A stretch of 20,000 bases of DNA from an uncultured virus (IMG/VR IMGVR_UViG_3300031992_000078) (lineage: Duplodnaviria; Heunggongvirae; Uroviricota; Caudoviricetes): positions 56,387-76,386 of IMG/VR virus record IMGVR_UViG_3300031992_000078. The stretch is one strand, 5' to 3'. Below the pieces are notes generated by a model, which ran no database searches, was not told the origin of the DNA, and saw only the letters and a list, made by a program, of their open reading frames with translations. Position numbers and translations under genes: made by a program. This document shows, one piece after another, positions 1-9,800 of the stretch. Numbering within the stretch: the first letter of the stretch is position 1; each line of letters begins with the position of its first letter.

Positions 1-1
1 A

Positions 2-790
2 ATCGAGCGGGAGAAGTCCGCGGCCGCTTCCGGGAATGCGTCAGGCTCTGCGAAGGCCGCGTCAAATGCTGCGGCCGGAGAAACGTCTGGTGCGAATGGT
101 TTGGCCGAGCCTCCTGTCGCGCCCGCAAGAACGGTTCGTTTCGCGACGGCCACAGACACTTCTGCAACCGGCGAAACGCCGGAGTCGAACGATATGGACA
201 ATGACTCTTCTAGCGTGGCCACAGTCGCGTCGGAAGCGTCCGACGAGACAAAAGGTCCTGTCGCTCGCAAGGGTACGTTCAGCGAAAGTGCGCATTCGCA
301 AGGGTTCATTGCTCCTCGCGGGTCTTTCTTCGATGCAGACCAAATGGAATGGGATTCCCGATCCGGAAAGTACGTCGCGAAGAGAGATGCGAAACCTTGG
401 CTGCCTCCCGCGGCCGGAAAGACAGTTCGCCATTTTCGCACGGACGATCCGCGCAAGAACGGCGGCAAGGAGATTGTCCATTTCACGATCGACCCGCGCC
501 CCGTCGCATTCGGGGAAAATCTCAAGAAGGGATTGATCGTCCCGGTCATTGGCGGCGCCATTGATCTTTTGAAGGACGAAAGCATCGGCGAGACGGCGGC
601 TACAACTGCTCAGGAGATGCTGCGACGGCTTGGCCATTGGCCAAAGGGGACGGCGCATGGAGGATGGCCGTCGTATCGAATGACGAAAGAGGAATATGAC
701 GAGTTTATGAAATTCGTTGAATCCGGGGAAATGCCTCCGCGCCCGAAAGCGGCGCAAGACTCGGGCGATGATTCTACCGCCGAGACGTGA
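2..790 (+). CDS. Hypothetical phage protein, 5'-partial (possibly virion/ejection protein)
   Basis: The frame of ORF 101..790 is open back to position 2 (IEREKSAAASGNASGS...), so the start lies outside the window. A/S/T-rich region followed by a globular-looking C-terminus; directly upstream of the giant gene. Confidence 0.7.
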   Translation: MEREKSAAASGNASGSAKAASNAAAGETSGANGLAEPPVAPARTVRFATATDTSATGETPESNDMDNDSSSVATVASEASDETKGPVARKGTFSESAHSQGFIAPRGSFFDADQMEWDSRSGKYVAKRDAKPWLPPAAGKTVRHFRTDDPRKNGGKEIVHFTIDPRPVAFGENLKKGLIVPVIGGAIDLLKDESIGETAATTAQEMLRRLGHWPKGTAHGGWPSYRMTKEEYDEFMKFVESGEMPPRPKAAQDSGDDSTAET

Positions 791-828
791 TCTTCGTTTC
801 AAACGACAACAATCAATTAGGATTTGCC

Positions 829-3800
829 ATGCCCATTCTTGACAATACGCTTCTTTCCGATGCGGAGCGCGAACGCGAGGCGCCTGCTCCTCATGTCTTC
901 GTGCCTCCGGCTCGACCCGAACCGCGAGCAACGGAACCGGATGTCGCAGAGGAACCGGACGAGACTGGCGCAACACCTTCGACTTCTTCGGAGTTGGAGG
1001 CCCAGACGAATCGCGAACCCACCGCTTCGACAGCGCAGGAGCCGGCCTCCGCCGAATCGGAGACCGCCACTTCCGCGCCGGTCGACGAATGGGCGGCGCG
1101 TTCACAACGTGCCGTGGAATTGCTTGAACGAATTGTCGAAGCACGGGGCGGAGACGCATTCGCACGGTTCGGCAAAGACAATGGACGTGGAATCGAAGGC
1201 CATTCGCTTGCCGAATGGTCGCGCATGTTTGAGAGTGGAAGTCTCGCCGCTCTTGCCGCAAATGGAGACGATGGCCGCCGTGCGTTCGACGAAGCGGAAG
1301 ACTTGATTCTTGATGCGGCCGGTAGAGTCGGCCTGCTTTCGTCGAACATCGAAGACATCGACAACGGACCGGTGTGGCTTCAAGATTTTGGCCTTGTAAA
1401 AGATCGTGAAGACTTGGAGGCGGGCCGGGCGTGGAACGCCGAGCGCCGCGAGGAACAGGTCGACATCGTTCGCAAAATCGACTTTCTCAAACGTTTTTCA
1501 AAGGGGGACGATCCGAGCGCCGGATTTTACGGCATGTCGCTCGATCAGCTTCGGTCTGCGGCTCTCGGGAAGGGAGTTCGCAACCGTGGCGATCGTGGCG
1601 CTCAAGAAGATTGGGATGATTTCGTCAAGCAGGTCAACACCCGCTACGAGCGCGAGCGCGAAGGACGCGGAATCGGGCAGAAGGCGGCGGACGCGTTCCG
1701 CGCCGGATTCGGCGACATCGGCGACATGGGCGAACGCCTGTACATCATCGCCGCCTATGGTGGAGACCGGTCGGCCAATTCCAAGTTCGCCGAACGGATG
1801 CGTGATGTGCAACGCGACGAGGAACGCCGTGGAATCTATCTCCCGGCGACGGTTTCCAGTCTGACCGACATTCGCAAGGACAATCTCGCCGGAGACATCG
1901 GTGCCTACATCATCGAGAACGTTTGCCGCCTCGCGCCGCAGACCGCCATCCAGATTGCGCTCGCCTATGGAACAGGCGGCGCCGCATCGGCCGCCATGTC
2001 CGGAGCCTCTATCGCCGCGAGGCAGGCCGTTGTCCGTGGTGCTGTCACCGCGGTCAACCTTGCGACGACCGTCGCTCTCGATGCGGCCGATACGGCAGGA
2101 CAGATGGTGCAGGAGAATGATGCGCGCGGTCGCCAGAACCTTCTCGATTGGGGAGAGTGGGCCGCCCTCGGCGGCGCATACGTTCTCGCTGACCTGCCGT
2201 CTCCGGTGTTTCGCATGGCGCAGAAAGCCGGTATCGGTCGTGCCGCCCGCACGGCAGGCGAGCAGGCCGTGCGCGACATGGCGTCGCGCTGGATTTACTC
2301 TCCCGGCTCATGGGGCAAGACGATGCTCAACGCCGCGAAGGAGACCGGCAAGAACTTTCTCGGCGAAGCCATCACGGAAGGTCCGATGCAGCAGGGCGCG
2401 TCCTACATCTGGAACGCGCTTGCGAACGGGTCTCCGGGATTCAAGAGCCAGGGAGAGGACGATTTCACTTACGGCTCGGCGTTTATGAACATGCTCGACC
2501 AGGCGGTCGCGGCGGGTCTTTCCGCCGGAGCCGCCGGGGTCGTCGGAAGCGCCGGAACCGCGAGGCGACAGGCAAAGACCTACAAGCATACGAGCGAGTG
2601 GGGCAAACGCCACGACGGAATCGAGCACGCGCTCCTCACGGAGATGCGCAACGCCGGAATCGACGTGTCTTTCACGTCCCTGACGCCCGCCGAGCAGGAA
2701 CTGCTCTACACGTATATCCGCAACCATACCGTGTCTCGCGACCTCGACGCCAAAGTCCGCCATCTGGAAAGGATGAGGAATCCCGGCTATCTTGCGGCGA
2801 ACGAGTTCGAGGCGGAACTTCTCAAGGACCAAAAGAAACTCGACAGGGCAATCGCGAATCTCAAGTTCGTCCAGACGGAGAACGCGAAAATCAATTCCGA
2901 CATCCGGAACTGGCTCAACGACAAGACGAACGGGGACCATGAGGCGGCCGCCGCGTGGTTGGAAGCGTATACGTCCTCGCGCCCGGCGCTCTCGATGGAC
3001 GACATCAAGGCGGACGGGGCTTCTACATTCCGGGCCGACGAGGCGAACGAGACTCTCGGGGCCGCCCTGGACGAAATCAAGAAGAAGAAGGCGTCCGACG
3101 AGTCCGCGAAGAAGATGGCGGAGTTCGGCTACGACGCAACGTATCCGGACATTCTCCCGTCCTACGGCGAAAAGGACGACGGGAAGTCGTCTCACGTCAT
3201 CCGGTTCGAAGAGAACCTGACGGACGAAGGAAAACTTTCCGTCCGCGTCTGGAACGCGGCCGACCCGCACAGGGCCCCGTCGAACTTCTGCACGGAGTTC
3301 GTCGTCGGCGAGAACGCGGAGAACGCCGAGGACGCGCGCCGCAAGGCGGGGGAGGCGGCGGACATGCTTGCGAGGTGGTTCGACGCCCTTCGCGAGTCCG
3401 ACGCGCCTGTCGTGAAGGCGGCGTCCGACCACCTCGCGCGCAACGGAAGGCAGGGGCAGACGGTCGTCCTCTATTCGTCGGACTTCGAAATGGCCCGAGA
3501 ATTGAAGAACGCCGGAGCGAGTCAGGCAAACATCGAGGCCGCCGTCGCCCGCGAGCAATCCGGACAGGACGGCATCACCGTCCCGTTGCAGAACGGACAG
3601 GCAATCATCCTTGTGAACCGCGAGCGGAATGCCACGGCCGCAGACCTCTTCGCGACGATCGATCACGAGACGTTCCACGCGGACTTCGTTGCGTTCGTCG
3701 CCGACGGCATGCAGGACAAGGCGCTTCTCAAGGCACTGGGCGTCGAACGGCCGGAAGCCCCGGAGGAAGGTGCCGACCCGGAGAAGGCCAAGGAATACGA

Positions 3801-6800
3801 GAAGGCGCTTGCCGCTTGGCGGAAGGACGCCAAGCGGCGGTTGACGGTCGCGTTTCTCGGGCTCGACGTTGACCCGAAGACCGGAAAGGACCGCGACTGG
3901 CGTTCGGTGACGGATGGTGAAATCGAAAACGCGGAAGAAGACCTTGCCTGCACGGCTTCGGTTGCCGCAGAAGGCATCGATGGGCGTCCGTTTTCCTACT
4001 TGACGCATCCGTTCCGGGCAGCGCGGATGGCCATCTTCAAGGCGCGCCATCCGGAACTGGATTCCCGGCTTGGCTCGTTCCTCGCCAAGAGGTTCGGCGG
4101 AGATGTTTCAGACGACGCGAAGGCGGAGTTCATTTCAAAGGTCCACGAGCGCGGCAATCTCTTCAAGACGGAAGTCCGCGACGAATCCGGCAACGTCGTC
4201 GGAAACAGGGACACGCCGAGCGTCGTGCGCGGTACGGACCGCGTTGCGCTTTCGCAGGACACGCTCGAACTGGTGAACCGCATCCGAAGCGCGGAGAATG
4301 ACCGCCGCCAGTTCCTCGAAGGAAGCGACGAGTTCGTCCCGCTGTTGGACGACCGCATCGAGAAGACCGTCGACGACACCTGGAACATGATGTCCGGCAA
4401 GCGCGTTCTTTCTCTCGACCCGGCAAAGCGGGATGCGATTTTGAAGGAACGTGCCGAGCGCGAGAAGAAGGCCACGGACGAACGTCGTACCAAGCAACTC
4501 GCCGAAGCCCAACAGCGCGAGGAGAATCTCAAGCAAATCATCCGCCAGGGACGTAGGCAGGGGGAGGCGAAGGCGCGCAACGAGCGCAACGAACTCCGCG
4601 AGCGGTTCGCCGGTCCGGTCCGTTCGGCCGCGGAGCAGCGTTCCGCCTCCGAGCAGGCGCGTCTCGCCGGGATCGGAGAGCGTGATGCCGCTCTCGGCGC
4701 CGCGCTCGAACAGGGGCGCAAGAACGCCGAAGTCGACGAGATGAACGAGAAGGCGAACCTTCTTGGTCAGGAGCAGGCGCGCGCCGCTCTGGAAGAGCGG
4801 GACGAGCTCCAGCGCCAGACGGAGGAAGAGGATGCCCGCCGCCGTGCCGCGCAGGAGGATGTGGACCGAGCGGCCATCGACGCCGAGGAGGCGCAGGAAC
4901 TCCGCGAAGGCGTGATGAACGCTCGCTCAGCCGAACTCGCCGAGGACACCCGGCGCATCAGGCGCGAGGCGGAAGAGCGGCAGGAACTCTCCGAGCGTGC
5001 GGGCGAGCAGGAGCTTGCCGAGCGCGAAGCGGTTGCTCGCGAGCAGATGATTGAAGAGGACGAGCGCGAGGAGGCCCGCCAGCGCGCCAGCGACGAAGAC
5101 GAAGCCCGCGCCGCGCTCGGGGACGAAGGCGTGAGGAGCCGCGGCGCAACGGCCGAAGAGGCGGCGGCGTTCGACAAGGGACCGACATACCACGGCAAGA
5201 CCGGTCGATACCTCTACAAGACGATGCGCGTCGTGAATGGTCATCTCGAATTCCCGATGGCGGGGACCGGAGTCGCCGTGCCGCCCGGCGAGTGGTTGAT
5301 TGCCGAGGACGAGAGCCGTATCGACCCGAAGACCGGGAAGCGTAGGACGCCGCTCGTGTTCGGTTCTTCCAAAATCAAGCGCGACGGAACGGTCAACCGC
5401 CAGAAGGGCGAGGCCGCCCCGTTCCCCGGATTCCACATGGGGACGAATCCGTACATGGCCCACATCGGGCTTGGCGGGAACGCGTCGCAGAAGCACTTCC
5501 AGAACGCGGACTACGTGTGGGTGGCCGTGGACGTGCCGATGGCCCGCACGGACGAATACGCGCAACGCGTCGCCACCGAAGGAAAGGGCGACCCGGACAA
5601 GGCGATGCGCGGCGTCATTCCGGAAGGCGGAATGTACTGGCGCAAGACGAACCCGAACATGAAGGGCAAGTGGGGCGTCGCCGGCGCGATGAAAATCGTC
5701 AAGGTCCTGTCGGACGCGGAGGTGGACGAAATCCTCGACCGCGAACTTCCGGACCGGGTTCGCATGGGACGCCAGGGTGGCGGTCGCTTCAATGCCAAGA
5801 CGATGCAGTTCGAGGGGCAGGACCTCAAGAACTGGAACTTGGAGGAAGAAGAGGCGAAGTTCAACCGTGCCGAAGCGATCAAGGCGGTCCGCAAGGCGCT
5901 TGCGAGCCAGTTCAAGGACGATGCCGGGAACGTCTACCCGACCCGGTATTCGCGCCATCTCGGCAGGGCCATCTCGAAGGAGACGGACGACACCATCGAC
6001 CTGCTTTCCATCGGCGTCCCGATGACGGCCGAGGAAATCGAGGCGAGGTGCCCGGAGTGGGCGGATGCGAAGCGCGCGGCGCAGAAGGTCGAGGCCGACA
6101 TCCGCGACCTGTTCGGCGTGTTTCCGACCTCCGAAATCCGCACGCCGGAGCGCGTCGATTTCAACGACGCCGTAGTCGAGGCCGGATCGTCCGAAACGAT
6201 TACGAAGGAAGCGGCCATTCCCGGAACTGACGTGAAGCTGACTTTGAACGAAGCCCTCAAACGGGGGGAGTCGTACAAGGTCAGGCAAGACAGGATCGCC
6301 GTCGTCGTCATCGGACTTCCGTCCGCCGGGAAGAGCAGCGTGTTCGTCAAGGATGTGAGCCGTGCGCTCCAAGCGCGCGTGCCAGACAACGACTATGTGA
6401 AGCCGGTCTACGCCGAGTTCGAGAACGGACTTGGCGGGAATGCCGTCCACCAGGAATCGGCGAACGTCAACTACCGGATATTGAAGGCCGCGCGCGACCA
6501 CGGGGACAACATCGTCTATCCGATTCTCGGGTACAAGCCGGAGAAGCTGCAGGAGGTCCTTGACTTCTTCAGGGAGGCACGATATTCTGCCCACCTGTTG
6601 TACAACGAACTCCCCGTTCCGAAGGCGGTTGCCCGCCTGCTGACGAGGTACTTGGACAACGGGCGGTATCTTCCGCTCGAACATACCATCTTCAAGGCCG
6701 CCGGAAAGGTCGGTCCAGCCTACGAGGAAAAGAAACATGACTTCGACAGCTACGCCAGATACTCGAACGACGTTCCAATCGGAGCGCGACCGAAGCGAAT

Positions 6801-9800
6801 CGAACAGTCCGACAGCTCCATCCTCGGAAGCATACCCGGTTATGGCGAAGTACGAGACGGACGACTGGGACGGAGACCCGGCGTGCCTGAACGATCCGGA
6901 GTACTGGAAGGAAGTGGAACGAATGTCCAATCGCCCGGAGGTTCTGGAAGCGCGTCGGAAGCGACTGGCGCGCGCTCACGCGGCGGCTCGGTAGTTCCGG
7001 CCGGACGCCAGAAGCAGGCGGGTGTCGCCTACCCGGACGCGTCCGCCGAAATCACGAAGATTCCCGACGGGCACTTCGCCACGGTCAGGAGCCGTGGCCG
7101 CGGAGAGTTCGAGGAGATTCTCAAGAAGAAGCGCCCGGACCTCGACGCGAAGGAGACGGTCAAGAACATCTTTGCGCTCAAGACCCCGAAGGAGCGCAAG
7201 ATCGCGCTGCATTGGATCGTGCGCGGCGGGCTCGCCTTGCCGGAGGACGCGTACAAGGTCGCCGACGCCTTGTCGGTGGCGGAGAAGGCGAAGGTTGACC
7301 CGTTCCGCTACGCGTCGCCGGACGAACTCCTGCTTGCGAACAAGGACTTCAAGCCGAGCGCTCGGCCCATAGACCCGGACACGGAGCAGGCGCTCACGGA
7401 CAAGCGCGACGAGGGAGACGGCATCACGTCCTACCTCGTCGAAGAGTCCAAGTTCGGACAGCTCACGATGCGCCGCATCATCGACACGCACTGGGGCGAG
7501 GACGCGAACCCGTGGTGTCTGCTGGCGAAGAAAAAGAAGTGGACGCACGTCGAGCTGATCAACGACTATAACGCCTATCAGGAGATGGAGCGTTGGTGGT
7601 CGGAGCTTCCTCGCGACGAGCGCGTCAGGATAGCCGGAGGCCGCGCGGACGAGGAAAGCGTCATGGACGCAGACCCGGCGTCGGAATACTATGTTGACAA
7701 CGTGGTTGACAATCCAGTTTCCTTGGACGACGCCTGGACCTACTGGCAGCACTACTCCGCCCTCCCGAAGCGTGTGGCGTTCAAGGACGGGAAACTACTC
7801 GCGTTCATGGCGACGGATGAATACGATCCGGAGTCGGATGACATTTTTGGCGGAGAGTTGATGGAAAGAACTCCGCCTGGTCGTTGGCGCGAGTGGGACG
7901 AATGGTTGCGCACAGAAGAGGGACGCGAGAATCAGGCGTCCTTCGCCGAGTGGATGCGAGTCAACCATCCGGATGAGTACGCAAAGGCGCTTGCTTACGA
8001 ACAATGGTGGGACCGGACGGATACATCGCATCCGAACCTCGACTGGGCGCGCGGAAGCGAAGTGCGGTCTCGTGGCGACGAAGGCGGCGAGGTGCAGGTC
8101 GGCCGCTTCGGCATGAAGCCGGGCTATGACGGTTCTTTGACCATCGAGACGGACCCGGACGGACCCGACAAGGAACTTCATGCAGAGATCAAGCGAATGG
8201 CGCGAGGCCTGCTTGACATCCTTCGCGACGATCCGCTTCCGTCGCAAGTCGATCCGAAGCTGCCGCCGCAATACGTCCTCATCGCGCCGCTCTACAAGAC
8301 GGACATCCAGAACGCCGAACAGGACGCCGCGATGCAGAAACTCGCCGGAACGGACTACGTGGGGCGGTACGAGGAAATCGCACGGCTCTGCGGGACCGAA
8401 TTCGACTATCAATCCGGTCGCGGAATCTTCCAAAACCAGCGCGAGATCAGCGGCCGCGTTGGACTTGGCCGCGTACCGACCGACGTTGCCAACCTCGTTG
8501 CGTCGCTCTTCGCCGATGTCGGCGCCGTCCAACAGCAGAACTCCGCGATCCGCTATACGCAGATTCCGAAAGAAGAGTTCGACGCAATCGAAAACCCGTG
8601 GGAGAAGGCCCGCGTCGTCACGCTCAAGTACGACGCGAGCAAGTTCAACCTCCAACAGATTTCGGACGAACTGCAAGATGTCGGGTTCGACGCGACGCCG
8701 TACAGGAACGGCGAAGTCCTCATTCTCAAGCCGATGGGCGAGTTCTACGACGATGACGGGAACTATTCGCCGGAGAAGGAAGAGAAATTCGAGATTGACT
8801 TTCGGAACGCATACGATATTCTAAAGGGCAAAGGGGCAATCCATGACTTCGAATTCGAATACGCAAGCGAAAACTACCTCGACGGAGAGGCTCGACGCGT
8901 TCTTTACCTCGCTAGGAGGGAAGAGGAACGACGACCCGCACTGGGCCGAGAAGATGTGGGAAGGCGGCAAGGCGGCGTCGGAGCACTACAAGAAGTACGG
9001 CCCGGAAGTTCCGTTCGGGAAGACTCCGCAGAAGTAAAGTCCCGCGGCGGCGAGATCACGCCGGAGGAAGATGCAGCCTACATGGACGCCGTGCAACGCG
9101 GCGACATGAAAGCCGCGCAGAAGATGGTCGAGGACGCGGCGAAGCGCGCGTTCCCGGACAGCGTTCTCATCCAGGACGGAAAGTTTCGCGTCATGTGGCA
9201 TCACACGAACGCGGACTTCAACTCATTCATGGCTTCCGTCAGGACTTCGAGCAAGCTCCGCGGAATCTTCTTCACGCCGCAGGAGTGGGGCTCAATGTCG
9301 AACCACGGCAACATTCACAAGCGGTACTACCTGAACGTCACGAATCCGAAACTCGCCTACGGATACGACGCCGACAAGGCGTACGTGGACGAACTCGCCG
9401 GGCTTCAGAAAGGCGTCGAAGACAGGGACGAAATCGCGAGAATCAACCGCGAGTTCAAGGATCGCACCGGCATCGACGCGTTCCTCGACCCGTTGAACGG
9501 TTGGTACAACGTCCTGACGCCGGAGCAAATCAAGTCCGCGGACCCCGCGACCTACGACGACGCGGGCAACGTCATTCCGCTCTCGCAGAGGTTCAATCCG
9601 GAGAGCAGCGACGTGCGCTCCCGCGGCGGCGACGGTCTCTTCGCCGACGAAATCTACGGACTTCGCACGCGCGATGTGGTGGAGCGCATCAAGGCGGAGA
9701 ACCCGTCCTACGTCTACCGGCCGGAGAAGCGCAAGATCGTCGAGATGGTCGAACGCGGCTTCGCGAAGGCGAAGGCGGACCCGAAGTTCTACCGGGACAC

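Noticed and set aside
839..870. TTGACA near the start of the giant gene (also at 8213)
   Set aside because: No plausible -10 element 16-18 nt downstream.
7691..7860. Possible third nested +1 ORF, and tandem TTGACA hexamers (7694, 7706)
   Set aside because: No -10 at proper spacing, no SD, and no codon bias in that frame; the repeat simply encodes VDNVVDN.
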